In this document: in pieces, positions 17,817 through 27,973 of the stretch | How the letters are laid out: each line of letters starts with the position of its first letter | How positions within the stretch are numbered: position 1 is the stretch's first letter | Sequence record: PQ451753.1 | Direction: 5' to 3' (one strand) | Length of the DNA stretch: 64,000 nt | The notes under the pieces: generated by a model | What the model saw: only the letters and a program-made list of their open reading frames with translations | Told to the model about the DNA's origin: nothing | Database searches by the model: none | Program-made: the position numbers and the translations under genes

Positions 17817-20573
17817 TTACAAGTTGCTTAGGTCAACATCTTCGTCTTCTTCAACTTCTGTATCCGCATCAGCATCCGCGTCCGCATCAACATCTGCATC
17901 CATATCGGTGTCATCGCCACCCATATCGAAGTCAGCATCGCCGCCAGTATCTGCATCGAAGTCCATGTCATCACCTCCCATGTCTCCGTCCATACCGCCT
18001 TCATCGTCGAAGCCGCCGTCTCCGCCAAACTCGTCTCCGCCCATTTCACCATCTTCACCACCGAAGCCACCATCCATGCCTTCTTCCTCAGGCATTTCAA
18101 TGTTACGCTTAACGGTTTCAAGACGTGTCTTAGAACGTTTCAGTGCTTGTAATAGGAATGTAGATACGTTAACAGTATCATCACCCATCGACTTAACGAA
18201 GTCTTGACGTTTTTCAGTATCGTCTAGCATTTCAATTAAGTCAGGCATTACGCCATTCTTACGGAACCAGTTACGGCGTAGGTAGTTAGCAACCATTGCC
18301 TTACATGCACGGATGTCTTTATCAAAGCCTGCTTCCATCAAGAAGTCTTCGTCAACGAATGCTTCTACAATTTCTTCAATCGCTTTAGACTCAACATCAT
18401 AAGCATCCATTTGTGATGCTAGTAGTGACATGTCTGGTGGCGGTAGACTCACATCAAAGTTATTAACGAACTCATTTAGATGGTGTCCTAGTTCACCCTC
18501 TTTAAGTTTAGACTCACCTTGTTCGTAGTGTGCAACAATCTCTTCAGCAATCTGCGTCATTAGTACGCCTGAGGAAATGATGTATGTACGACAGAAGTGT
18601 GTAATAAGAGGAGCGAACTTCTCTTGACGTTGACAAGTTTGCTTAGTAGCAATCAAGTCTTTAGAGAGTACTTGTGTAGCAAACTCAATTGAGCCCGGTG
18701 ACATGATTAGGTCAGGGTCAACACCAAAGCCACGGTAGTTACGTTTCGCTAGGTCTTCATCGACATCACGATCAGGAACTTTGTAGTCAGGTGTGTTATC
18801 TGAAACACTAATCTTAGTTGATGGGTAGTAATCATTACCTTCAATGTTAAATGAGATACCTGCGTTCGTAAAGTACGCTTCCATATCGTCAATAGAACCA
18901 GTAAATGGAATACGTCCACCATAACCTTGCATGATACGATGTTGTGCATCATCAATGGTTTTCTCAGGCTCGCGGTCTTCAGCAGCTAGTTCGATTGTGT
19001 ACTGCATGTTACGTGTTGCGTTCAATACAGACGACTGTAAAGTAGCGAACATGATAGCAGCACGACCTGCGGTAATAACCTTGTTCTTATCTGTTAAAGA
19101 ACGACCAATACCACTGTCAGTGTAATCGAATGCGAAGTACGTCATCTGCTCGGCAGGAACATAAAGAATTTGTGTCTGCTTCTTAGCTAATGAGCGTGCC
19201 ATCATAATACGGTACACTTCTTGAGGACGTGTAATCGTAACAGACTCACCGTATACTCCGTTTGCTAGTGCATTCTTAAGTTTACGGTCAACCAAGTCAG
19301 CGTAACAGTCAGTAAGTTTAGCTAACGTCCACTTCTCTTGGTCAGACTTACCAAAGCCTAAACCTTCAGCCGCATCTTTCATCAACTGAGAAGTAGCGTC
19401 ACCGCTAATCCATGTCCAAGCCTGAGTGGTGTTCATCAAGTCATGACGGTTAACTGGGTTACCTAACTTATCTAGAAGAACTAGATAACCAACGTGCATC
19501 TTTAAGTCACCCGGAACGTGTACAGGGATAACTGACTCAGACGGTAAGTGTTGTACTAATGGATGGCCAACGTTTGGACGTTTAGCAAATGTAGAGTTTG
19601 GTAGCTCTTCAATTGGACGAACTCCGTATGGACTATCTGAGTAAATAGAGTTATCGAACTTAGATAAATTATCGCCAGTTGATGTCTCTTTACCACGTAC
19701 AACGTTCTCTTCATTGATATTGCGGTCAACGTGTCCCTCAGATGCAACGCTGTCTTTAAAGACCTTCTCGGCTGCATTCCATCCGGTATTATATGTGGAT
19801 GAAAGCTCCTTGCGCGTTAACGCTCTTTTGACTTGAGGGATTTTTAAGATGTCAATGTTGTCAGTTAGGTGAACATCGCCGTACTTTTCAGCGTGCTCTT
19901 CAACACCGATAGTGATTCGAGCATTCTCAGCAGTCAGTGGTTTAGACTCTTTCAGCAAACTCTCCAAACCGATGTTTGTAGATTCTGACGGGTCTTCTGT
20001 ACTGCCTAAGATGTTGCGGTATCCGAACTTATCCTTGAGTTTCTCTTGGAGTTGTTCTTTTGCAACGCCTTCGCGCCCTGAGTTGATTAACGCATCAACC
20101 GAGCTTTCTGGAATAATCGCTACAGGGTATGAACCTGTTTTAAACATGACATCGTAGAGGATGTCATACAAGTAACTAGGTAGCTTATATTCATCGTTAA
20201 AGTGGTCTGCAACAATTCGAATTAGGTTGTTACGTAATTCGAAAGGCAAGTCACCTACACAATCGTATACCAAGGTTGTTGTGATTAAGTCTTTACTTGA
20301 TAAGATACTGGAGATAGCCACTTGTGCAACCATCTCTAAATCAGACAAGACTTCAAATGCGTTGTCCGCATCTTTAGAACGCTGGATGGTGTCACGCATC
20401 AGCGGTTGTAACTCGTGCTGTGTTGGTAAGTTAGTGACGCTTTCGTCACTTGAACGTTTACCTTTTGGAGTCACGAGTTTTGACATGATCGATTCAACTG
20501 TTGTATCGCGTTTAAACACTGAAGAGTGTATCTTCGACGTAATCAGTGATCGACTATTACGGCTACTTTCCAT
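17817..20573 (-). CDS. Portal protein (phiKZ gp129-like)
   Basis: ~918 aa; GSYPVAIIPESSVD.LIN, HLPSESVIPVHVPG...HVGY.VLLD..GNP, YFAFDY...GIG.SL motifs; long acidic Gly/Asp tail; GAGGA RBS before ATG 20573. Confidence 0.85.
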   Translation of the reverse strand: MESSRNSRSLITSKIHSSVFKRDTTVESIMSKLVTPKGKRSSDESVTNLPTQHELQPLMRDTIQRSKDADNAFEVLSDLEMVAQVAISSILSSKDLITTTLVYDCVGDLPFELRNNLIRIVADHFNDEYKLPSYLYDILYDVMFKTGSYPVAIIPESSVDALINSGREGVAKEQLQEKLKDKFGYRNILGSTEDPSESTNIGLESLLKESKPLTAENARITIGVEEHAEKYGDVHLTDNIDILKIPQVKRALTRKELSSTYNTGWNAAEKVFKDSVASEGHVDRNINEENVVRGKETSTGDNLSKFDNSIYSDSPYGVRPIEELPNSTFAKRPNVGHPLVQHLPSESVIPVHVPGDLKMHVGYLVLLDKLGNPVNRHDLMNTTQAWTWISGDATSQLMKDAAEGLGFGKSDQEKWTLAKLTDCYADLVDRKLKNALANGVYGESVTITRPQEVYRIMMARSLAKKQTQILYVPAEQMTYFAFDYTDSGIGRSLTDKNKVITAGRAAIMFATLQSSVLNATRNMQYTIELAAEDREPEKTIDDAQHRIMQGYGGRIPFTGSIDDMEAYFTNAGISFNIEGNDYYPSTKISVSDNTPDYKVPDRDVDEDLAKRNYRGFGVDPDLIMSPGSIEFATQVLSKDLIATKQTCQRQEKFAPLITHFCRTYIISSGVLMTQIAEEIVAHYEQGESKLKEGELGHHLNEFVNNFDVSLPPPDMSLLASQMDAYDVESKAIEEIVEAFVDEDFLMEAGFDKDIRACKAMVANYLRRNWFRKNGVMPDLIEMLDDTEKRQDFVKSMGDDTVNVSTFLLQALKRSKTRLETVKRNIEMPEEEGMDGGFGGEDGEMGGDEFGGDGGFDDEGGMDGDMGGDDMDFDADTGGDADFDMGGDDTDMDADVDADADADADTEVEEDEDVDLSNL

Positions 20574-20599
20574 TACCAAGTTTCCTCGTGGTGAGTCTC

Positions 20600-22714
20600 A
20601 TGAATTATTCATTATACAAAATATTTCTAAACAGTACGATTGAGCTTGCTCGAACTATGGTCATTAAAGTTGATTGTTTCGGACAAGCAATGAATCGTAA
20701 ATTGACCGATTACGGTCATGAAGTTCCTGATGACCGCCGTGAGTGGCGGTACTACAAACATCTGGCAGGGATGTATCATCATCTTGATGAAGACATCATG
20801 ATTACATCTCTGGATGATTCGACGGAGATTATCTTTAACCGTGAAAATTTAAAGCGTCATAAGAAGACACGTTCGGTATATCTTTACAACAGGAAGTATC
20901 CTGACGCACTTAAAGAGATGTACCCTGAACAAACCGTCCTTATTAACGGTATCTTAAGACCTGTTGATATAGACACCGCTATTGAATCTCCAGACGGTAC
21001 GGTATTAACTTACAATCAGGATTTGATTGAAAAGCAAGAGTATCGACTGATTCCTGAGATTGAGCAGTTTGTTCGTGGCTTCTTACACAGATTACAGATG
21101 GAGAGTCTTCTCGAATCTGAAGATATGTATGCGGTTGACTTGGCGAGTAAGCTATATGCGTTCCTCCCAGTCCGTTTGCTAGACATTCGAAACAAATACG
21201 TTCGTAGTTCTCAAACGCACACGTTTCATATCATGGCGTTCCTTGCGAGTAATCAACGACTTGATGAATTCGCTCCGTATCTTACGTACGACCAGATGCT
21301 GTTCTTGTATCGCAACATTTTATACATTGAACAACACACTGGAATGCAACATACGTTTGATATCCTCGTCGAAAACTTATTAACATCACGTAACCTCCCT
21401 ATCTATGACTACACGCTACGTCAGCGTGACATGGACTTAGAGAATGGTGAGTTACAACCTTACCCAATCTTTGTTAAGAACCAGTTGAACCTAAGAACAG
21501 GTTTATCATCCCGTGACTTGAATGAATGGGAGATTGGTGACATCCTCTTTAAGGAAGTCCCACTGGCGTCTGATAACCAAGGTAGTTATGAAGAGTATTT
21601 GGTTGAGACAGAGAAGTCGACCTCACGTAGTTCAATCTCTAACCTCCCGACTAAGCTGTTGGAAGTGTCTGCGATTGACCCAGAGGACGTTGACCCTATT
21701 AAACTGATTGATGTATTAATCAACGAATGGATGCATCAGGCAGCTACGGGTATGTATTCTACTCAGATGGAAATCATTAACCCTCTGAATGGTGACACTA
21801 TCCGTCTTGACCCTAAAGGAATGTTCCTGCTATATATCTACTCGCACGCTGCGGGCTTTCATGGTGTTGAGATGAAAGAGATACCAATGTTCATCGCCAA
21901 GCAGGTGATTCGTAAACGTTGGATTGATGAGTCTGAATACTTGAAGATTGTAGAGCACGATCATTTCAACGGATGGGATGATGAAATTGAGTTCTTTACC
22001 AATACACATCCAGTTCAGTTTGTTGAAGCGTTAACACCTGAAGAGTTCCTAGAGCAAGCGCTTGAACTACTCAAACGTCAACGTGTTCGACATCAATACG
22101 CTTTCCAAGCACATCGTAGTACGAACCGTACAGGTCGTCGTGCTATGTACCATTACAACTACATCGATGCTTTCTGTGATTTTAAAGAAGAGTTCATTCA
22201 GGACTTTAATGACTTCTTTATGTATATCGCACTAGATAAAGAGAAGATGTCTGCGGATGCTTGGAAAGACTTAGCCATGCAAGCTTTAGATAAAGCAACA
22301 ATGTTTGGCTCAATGAACCGTATCAGTTTGAAAGAGATTCAAGCAGCTATGGTTCGACTCTTCCGACGCTTAAGTAGTTACACTGTCCAATTCATCGAAG
22401 AGATTGTTGGTGGTGAGGCTACGGTTGCAGACCCACTCTGTGCTATCTTAGGTGATACATTCGAGGAAGGTGAGGGTGATGGACATACTCGTGACATGAC
22501 AACTACCGTAGAGAATGTGGATATATTCTCATTTGGTAGTGCTGACGCTACTAGACCCGTTTCTACTATCGTCAAAGCTGAGTTGATTGAAGATCGTTCA
22601 TTCGATATCTATCTTCACGTTAAGGCTACTGCGGACGAGATGGCTGAAGTACACTTCAATGCTACAAGACCTTCTACGAGCGTGCGTGCCTATACCGTGG
22701 AGGAGTTGCAGTAA
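20600..22714 (+). CDS. Virion structural protein, probable baseplate component
   Basis: ~704 aa; WRYYKHLAG.YH, ITSLD, HTFHI..FLAS, LSSYTVQF motifs; divergent from portal as in phiKZ-like phages. Confidence 0.65.
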   Translation: MNYSLYKIFLNSTIELARTMVIKVDCFGQAMNRKLTDYGHEVPDDRREWRYYKHLAGMYHHLDEDIMITSLDDSTEIIFNRENLKRHKKTRSVYLYNRKYPDALKEMYPEQTVLINGILRPVDIDTAIESPDGTVLTYNQDLIEKQEYRLIPEIEQFVRGFLHRLQMESLLESEDMYAVDLASKLYAFLPVRLLDIRNKYVRSSQTHTFHIMAFLASNQRLDEFAPYLTYDQMLFLYRNILYIEQHTGMQHTFDILVENLLTSRNLPIYDYTLRQRDMDLENGELQPYPIFVKNQLNLRTGLSSRDLNEWEIGDILFKEVPLASDNQGSYEEYLVETEKSTSRSSISNLPTKLLEVSAIDPEDVDPIKLIDVLINEWMHQAATGMYSTQMEIINPLNGDTIRLDPKGMFLLYIYSHAAGFHGVEMKEIPMFIAKQVIRKRWIDESEYLKIVEHDHFNGWDDEIEFFTNTHPVQFVEALTPEEFLEQALELLKRQRVRHQYAFQAHRSTNRTGRRAMYHYNYIDAFCDFKEEFIQDFNDFFMYIALDKEKMSADAWKDLAMQALDKATMFGSMNRISLKEIQAAMVRLFRRLSSYTVQFIEEIVGGEATVADPLCAILGDTFEEGEGDGHTRDMTTTVENVDIFSFGSADATRPVSTIVKAELIEDRSFDIYLHVKATADEMAEVHFNATRPSTSVRAYTVEELQ

Positions 22715-22786
22715 ATTATTAACTAATAGGTGGAATCCTATGACGACGGTTAGTACTTCAACTTAATTAAGATCAACGAGGCAAAC

Positions 22787-23275
22787 ATGATTAGACAAGA
22801 CATGTCCTTGCCGCCTGAAGAATTTCTCCTTAGCGTAATTAATCAAAAATACGGTAAGAACTTCACGTTCAATGACTTTTATTTCGGTGAGCGAGATGAT
22901 GTAGACAAGTATGGTTGTGAGAGCATGATTTACATGCATGCAAATCCAAATGGTCCTTACACAGGTTCCATCCGTGCCTTCTACAATCGCATCCAATTGG
23001 ATGAGTTTCTTGAGAAACAATTCTTAACAGTCGGTTGGCGTGAGTTTTTTGACACAGACGATTTATTAGGCGAGGTTCTGGAGCAGCTAGGTATCAACCT
23101 TGGGCGGGGTGATATTATCAGTGACATTATTGATCCTGATGCCCAGACTGCAACAATTCGAATTTCAAACCGATCCATTGCATACCGTGGTCATATCCCG
23201 GTATTGTTTATGGGTCATCCGGATTCATTGTCGAGTCGCGTACAGTCTACTGTACTAAATGGCTTTTCAACATAA
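22787..23275 (+). CDS. Tail-fibre-like paralogue family member (short form)
   Basis: FYNRIQL, SIAYRG, TVLNGF motifs shared with 28463, 29133, 40086-44150 ORFs. Confidence 0.6.
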   Translation: MIRQDMSLPPEEFLLSVINQKYGKNFTFNDFYFGERDDVDKYGCESMIYMHANPNGPYTGSIRAFYNRIQLDEFLEKQFLTVGWREFFDTDDLLGEVLEQLGINLGRGDIISDIIDPDAQTATIRISNRSIAYRGHIPVLFMGHPDSLSSRVQSTVLNGFST

Positions 23276-23293
23276 ATTTATTAGAGGTGTGCT

Positions 23294-24244
23294 GTGAGTA
23301 CTGAAACCAAAGCATATGACGGTAAACACGTAACAAACGCGTTAGCAGGTCTTTCCCTGCAAACAACTTTGCTTATGGGTCTACCGATGGAGTTTAAACA
23401 AAAGTCAACGCTCAATGAGCATTTGGCTATTAACCGTGAGATTATTCCAAACGAAGATTCTCGTCCGGTTATGAAATACCTGTGTCTAGGTAACGGTGGT
23501 CACGTAGTTTCGGCTGAAGACAATCTGGCTACCCCAATCCCTATTGAACACCAACCTACTGATGCTGCTCCTTACAACATCATTCCATTGGTTATGCGTC
23601 CTATTGACAAAGACCTAAGTGATGAGTTACGTGAGAACTACGCATTACGTAAGCAAGTGGAATATAGCGGACGTCGCTATTGGGCATACTACTTGAAACG
23701 TCTAGACTGGCGTGGTATCCGTGTTAAGGAATACTACACTAAAGTTCGTGACGGTATTAAAACAGTTTCTGATTTTGAATACTCAGATAAGAACCTGTTC
23801 CCAACTGCGCCAGAAATGCCGGACTACAACTACGAAGTTACCGATCAGGTTACTCCTAACGATGGTGATTACGTGCACTCATCTGCGTCTACTCGTATTG
23901 AGCTAAACGAATTTGATGTACAAGAACTACTTAATGTAGCGCAAATCATCTACGGTGACCCACGTAAAGCTGTGGTTTCAGAGTTCTGTTTGACGTCAGG
24001 TGTTGACACTATCGCTACTGGCGAAAGTGCTGTAGGCTCACCATTCCAGTACATGGAGTGCATGGGCACACAAATCAGCATCTTCTTGACAACATTCACT
24101 AACATGGCATACCAAAATAAAGGCGTGGCATATACACTAGATGTGGGTAACACAGAACCTATGGTTCTTGCACCGGGACAAATCCCTAACCAAACAGGCG
24201 TTGCTTCTGAAGCTGTACCTGCTATTGGTAACACATTAGTGTAA
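23294..24244 (+). CDS. Virion structural protein (phiKZ gp139-like)
   Basis: 316 aa; STLNE...YLCLGNGGH, LVMRP..DL, YWAYYLKRL, D.G.TEP motifs; precedes RuvC. Confidence 0.65.
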   Translation: MSTETKAYDGKHVTNALAGLSLQTTLLMGLPMEFKQKSTLNEHLAINREIIPNEDSRPVMKYLCLGNGGHVVSAEDNLATPIPIEHQPTDAAPYNIIPLVMRPIDKDLSDELRENYALRKQVEYSGRRYWAYYLKRLDWRGIRVKEYYTKVRDGIKTVSDFEYSDKNLFPTAPEMPDYNYEVTDQVTPNDGDYVHSSASTRIELNEFDVQELLNVAQIIYGDPRKAVVSEFCLTSGVDTIATGESAVGSPFQYMECMGTQISIFLTTFTNMAYQNKGVAYTLDVGNTEPMVLAPGQIPNQTGVASEAVPAIGNTLV

Positions 24245-24254
24245 GGAGTTGTGT

Positions 24255-24905
24255 ATGGAGTTCCCACCGGAAGCTGGTCCTGATATCATTCGATTGATAG
24301 GTCTTGACCCCGGCACGGATACTCTAGGTGCTGCTGTCATGGATGTAAACATGGATACCTACGAACCGTTAATTGTGTTCGGAGAAACCAATCATGCATC
24401 TAAGGCTGCAAAAGACTACACTTGGAAACAAGAGATTCGAGGTGGGCGTGATGTCCGCCTCGAAATGCACCGGAGATATTTGTCCGAACTGTTTGATTAT
24501 ACTGCGCCTGTGGCAGTAGCGGCAGAATCACCGTTCCTTAAGTTTGGCCGAGTGACTTCATTTGAAGCATTGGTTGAATGCTACGCTGTGTTGAGAGATA
24601 CGTTATGGGATTACAGCCCTAGTATGTATCTAAGACGCATCGACCCAATTACTGCTAAGAACTATGTAGGTGTCAGTCATATTGGTACTGACAAGGATGA
24701 TGTACGTAAGGCAGTGATTGCACTTTATAAAGATAAGTGTGCCGAGGGTGTGAACATTGAAGACTTTGATGAACACACAATCGATGCTATTGCGGTGACA
24801 CATTGTCTACTACAGAAGTACTTACTTAATGTAGAGATTGCATCAAGTAAGAAGAAAAAGAAACGTGGCGGTAAGCGCCGACGTAAGAAAGGTAAAAAAG
24901 GGTAA
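24255..24905 (+). CDS. ruvC: RuvC-like Holliday junction resolvase
   Basis: IGLDPG (Asp), AAESPF (Glu), DEHTIDAIAV (Asp pair); Lys/Arg-rich C-terminus. Confidence 0.85.
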   Translation: MEFPPEAGPDIIRLIGLDPGTDTLGAAVMDVNMDTYEPLIVFGETNHASKAAKDYTWKQEIRGGRDVRLEMHRRYLSELFDYTAPVAVAAESPFLKFGRVTSFEALVECYAVLRDTLWDYSPSMYLRRIDPITAKNYVGVSHIGTDKDDVRKAVIALYKDKCAEGVNIEDFDEHTIDAIAVTHCLLQKYLLNVEIASSKKKKKRGGKRRRKKGKKG

Positions 24906-24910
24906 AGGTT

Positions 24911-25426
24911 ATGAACATTGGTTCTATTTTGAAAGCGGCAGGACGTGGCGTCTTGAAAGAAGTCCCCTTAGGTGGGTTAGTTCTTGATGTGGTGGAAGCT
25001 GCCATTGGTGAAGATTTTGACCGTGATAAGACCACAGGTCTTGATGTGGAGCGTGCGATTGAAAAGCTCTCTCCTGACCACAAGGTTAAAATCCTAACTA
25101 AGCAACTGGATTCAACAGCGCGTGCTATTGAGTCACGTACTGAACTGAAGAAGAAGATGGAAGAAGATGGCCCGCAGTCTCGTGCTCGTGCTAAGATTGC
25201 AATGTTGATTGCAGTTGTAATTCTTGTACTGTCTTGTGGCTTTGGTTTGATGTTAGGTCATGCTTACATCTATCAAGGTATCATGCCGTCATTAGAAGCG
25301 TTGGTAGTGGTGTTTGGTTTACCAGTCATTGCACTATTGACATTCTTCGGTGTTGATACAAAAGCCTTCCAAGGTATTATCGTGGATATCATTTCACGTG
25401 GCCTTATCAAAGGTAAAATCAAATAA
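24911..25426 (+). CDS. Holin-like membrane protein
   Basis: Amphipathic N-terminus, coiled coil, two C-terminal TM helices, basic C-tail. Confidence 0.5.
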   Translation: MNIGSILKAAGRGVLKEVPLGGLVLDVVEAAIGEDFDRDKTTGLDVERAIEKLSPDHKVKILTKQLDSTARAIESRTELKKKMEEDGPQSRARAKIAMLIAVVILVLSCGFGLMLGHAYIYQGIMPSLEALVVVFGLPVIALLTFFGVDTKAFQGIIVDIISRGLIKGKIK

Positions 25427-25434
25427 GGCGAGTG

Positions 25435-25468
25435 TATGGGTGGCTTCGGCCATCCATATCTTTTTTTG
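25435..25468 (+). terminator. Intrinsic terminator (cUUCGg)
   Basis: TATGGGTGGC-TTCG-GCCATCCATA plus T tract. Confidence 0.8.
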
Positions 25469-25522
25469 TCTTTTATTACAGGTGGCTGTATTCTTTGTAG
25501 AATTAATCCCTTGGGTAGTACA

Positions 25523-26032
25523 ATGAAACATAAAAGAATATCTGATACAGTAATCAACGTCACTGGGTTGTACTGTAATCTAAAGTATCCTGACCAGATG
25601 CTACAGTGGAGTTTAAAAGGGCAGTTCTTTCGTAAAGCACTATGTTGGTATTTAGAGAATCGTTTTACTGCAAGAATGCGTGCGATGTCAAAAGAGACAC
25701 GTAGACTGAGTATGTTACAATGTGGTGTTGAGTACATCATGAAGGATATTCCTGTACGTAGTCGTAATGATCCAACTCAAATAGTGAGAGTGACACTTAA
25801 CTCGCTCTTTAACCATATTGAAATATTTTTACGTAATCCCGGTTTAGAGTACTTGAATAAAGAACCTTTGGTGTTCAACACGCCGTTAGATATGCCAAGT
25901 GATCACCCTTACACATTCGTACTACTTAAACCCAAAAAAGAAAACCGAATCAAAACTGACCCATACGCTTTCCGTTTTATGGGTGAGAAACATTACCGCT
26001 TAGCATTACGTCAGGGAGGCGATGATGAATAA
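25523..26032 (+). CDS. Hypothetical protein
   Basis: Likely start MKHKR downstream of terminator. Confidence 0.55.
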   Translation: MKHKRISDTVINVTGLYCNLKYPDQMLQWSLKGQFFRKALCWYLENRFTARMRAMSKETRRLSMLQCGVEYIMKDIPVRSRNDPTQIVRVTLNSLFNHIEIFLRNPGLEYLNKEPLVFNTPLDMPSDHPYTFVLLKPKKENRIKTDPYAFRFMGEKHYRLALRQGGDDE

Positions 26033-26462
26033 CGTTCCAGTACATGGTGTAAACATAGACCAACTCTCAGAGGCTGTAGGAATCAGTACAGTGCGTTTAT
26101 ATGGGATGATGGGGGATATGTTCAAGTCTACCCGTTTAGACCCGTGTGTGGGTGTTACGCGCATCGGTAATAGCATCGTCTTCTTCTTTAGTGCTGCAAC
26201 TGAGCACTACGGCTACAATAACTTCAATGAAGAGTTGTTGAAGAAGATACGTTTTGCTGAAACGCACTTCATCTGTGGTGGAGAAGCAATCTTCCTAGCA
26301 TCGCGTAATGAGATTTACGAGTATGGTGAAGAGACGGATAAGTTAGTTGACCTAGAGACACTTAAGGGTCATCTAGAACGTGGTGAAGGGATACTGACTG
26401 CGCACGACTTAATCCCATTGACAATGGACTTAATCAATGACGACATACGAACAATGCCCTAG
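26022..26462 (+). CDS. Hypothetical protein
   Basis: 146 aa, GGAGG RBS. Confidence 0.55.
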   Translation: MMNNVPVHGVNIDQLSEAVGISTVRLYGMMGDMFKSTRLDPCVGVTRIGNSIVFFFSAATEHYGYNNFNEELLKKIRFAETHFICGGEAIFLASRNEIYEYGEETDKLVDLETLKGHLERGEGILTAHDLIPLTMDLINDDIRTMP

Positions 26463-26790
26463 AGATATTAAAGCGTTGGCAAAGCACCACGGTGTGATCA
26501 TTACGCAACTTTCTCAGGAGATATCTAAGGAAATGCGGCTGTGTAACAAAATGATGTGTATGGACGAGGTCATCACTATGGGGACCTTCTCAGACCCAGA
26601 GTTACGCACCGCTATCTTTTATCACGAACTGGCACATATTGAAATGGGTTTAACCAGAGCCTGTACTTATGAAGAGGAACGTGAGGTGTGGCGTGTCGCA
26701 TTTAAGAACATGCGTCGTTTAGGTTTCCTACCACCTTACTCCATTCTAAAACAATGTATCAAACAACTTTATGAGTACCGCAATGACTAA
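26437..26790 (+). CDS. ImmA/IrrE-like HExxH zinc metallopeptidase
   Basis: IFYHELAHIEM plus downstream EEREVW (third ligand Glu). Confidence 0.65.
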   Translation: MTTYEQCPRDIKALAKHHGVIITQLSQEISKEMRLCNKMMCMDEVITMGTFSDPELRTAIFYHELAHIEMGLTRACTYEEEREVWRVAFKNMRRLGFLPPYSILKQCIKQLYEYRND

Positions 26791-27427
26791 TCTAAACCTG
26801 CCTAAGTGGACAAAGGAAACTCCACAAACTTTCAAATGCTACCTATCGGAAAAAGCTTTCACTGGCATCAATAATGACCTACGTTGGTATTTCAACCGTT
26901 GGGTTATGACAACTGACATATTCTCGATGTGGATGGCAACGCCTATGGAGGTTACGCGCGATGCTATCTATGATAGCTGTGTTCGTGTAGCTACCGATAA
27001 CTTCTGGAACATTCTACATTGTAATAAGTCAGACCTAGCTAAAAAGATTGGCTTACCTATCCTTACTGCACACTCTTTAGATTATGCAGGGGTTGGTCAC
27101 ATCTTAGCAAAACATCTGATGGATGCCATTCGTCGCGGCGACATCGTTGTACAGGTGAAGTATAAGTACCGTATTGGTAAATTTATCTTCTTACCTGAAA
27201 TTCAGTTGGCACAACGTGGCTACCCTACGCGACTAGATCAAAACCTAGGACGTGCAGTTAAAGTAACCCGTGCTTTTCATAACATCAAAGATACGGCTAG
27301 CCGAACGGCGTTTAAAGACCTTATCTATAAACATCGCGACTACTACTACGGCCCGTTTACCTTGGCTGACGAGGAACGTGAGTACGTAGTACCGAAGTAC
27401 GCGATTGAGTTTTCGGAGAAGAAATGA
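26771..27427 (+). CDS. Hypothetical protein
   Basis: 218 aa, overlapping operon. Confidence 0.55.
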   Translation: MSTAMTNLNLPKWTKETPQTFKCYLSEKAFTGINNDLRWYFNRWVMTTDIFSMWMATPMEVTRDAIYDSCVRVATDNFWNILHCNKSDLAKKIGLPILTAHSLDYAGVGHILAKHLMDAIRRGDIVVQVKYKYRIGKFIFLPEIQLAQRGYPTRLDQNLGRAVKVTRAFHNIKDTASRTAFKDLIYKHRDYYYGPFTLADEEREYVVPKYAIEFSEKK

Positions 27428-27897
27428 GTAGAATAATTGAAATCCGTAATCACTATCTTGCTAAATGGCCAAAGCTTAAGGAGTTCGTTGATGAACGTCC
27501 GGGCACTATCTGTTTAGGTATTCAGGTAGAAGAGGATATTGAAGCAGTCATGCTGTTAGGCAATGGTCGTATCTATCACATCCATGTTAAAGAGGAATCT
27601 CGACGTGGTGGGTTTGGTACGGAGTTAGTTGACTACGCAACACGTAACTACTCTAACGGTGAGAAGATGCGTGCTGTTGTAGAGCCTAACAATACTGCTG
27701 CGGTAATGATGTTCATGAAGTGTGAGTTTGGTGTGGTAGGTAAAGACGTTACATGGGGTGATAACCGTTATGTAATGGAGCATGGCATGCAATGGGAATT
27801 CAAAGGTGTTGACCCACTGGTTGAAATGAAAGCTGAGTTTGAGGACATGGCTGACCATTTGTATGTTGTAGAAGCGGCACCTATCCGAATTAAGTAA
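27424..27897 (+). CDS. GNAT-family acetyltransferase
   Basis: IHVKEESRRGGFGTELV acetyl-CoA motif A; VEPNNTAA motif B. Confidence 0.8.
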   Translation: MSRIIEIRNHYLAKWPKLKEFVDERPGTICLGIQVEEDIEAVMLLGNGRIYHIHVKEESRRGGFGTELVDYATRNYSNGEKMRAVVEPNNTAAVMMFMKCEFGVVGKDVTWGDNRYVMEHGMQWEFKGVDPLVEMKAEFEDMADHLYVVEAAPIRIK

Positions 27898-27914
27898 TCT
27901 AACAGTAAAAAACT

Positions 27915-27971
27915 TTTCAGATATATATCATTCTAATGACATAAACTGATTAAGAATTTAATGGGAGCTTA
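27915..27971 (+). repeat. 57-bp promoter+RBS cassette, copy A (contains early promoter copy 3)
   Basis: Identical to 52773-52829 by direct comparison. Confidence 0.95.
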
Positions 27972-27973
27972 TT

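Noticed and set aside
7627-17841. 15-bp identity CTTAGGTCAACATCT near the 3' ends of dnaB and portal (both encode DVDLS)
   Set aside because: A couple of 15-mer matches are expected by chance in 64 kb; no flanking similarity
17813-18207. Overlapping Pro/Ser/His-rich ORFs
   Set aside because: Shadows of the portal acidic tail
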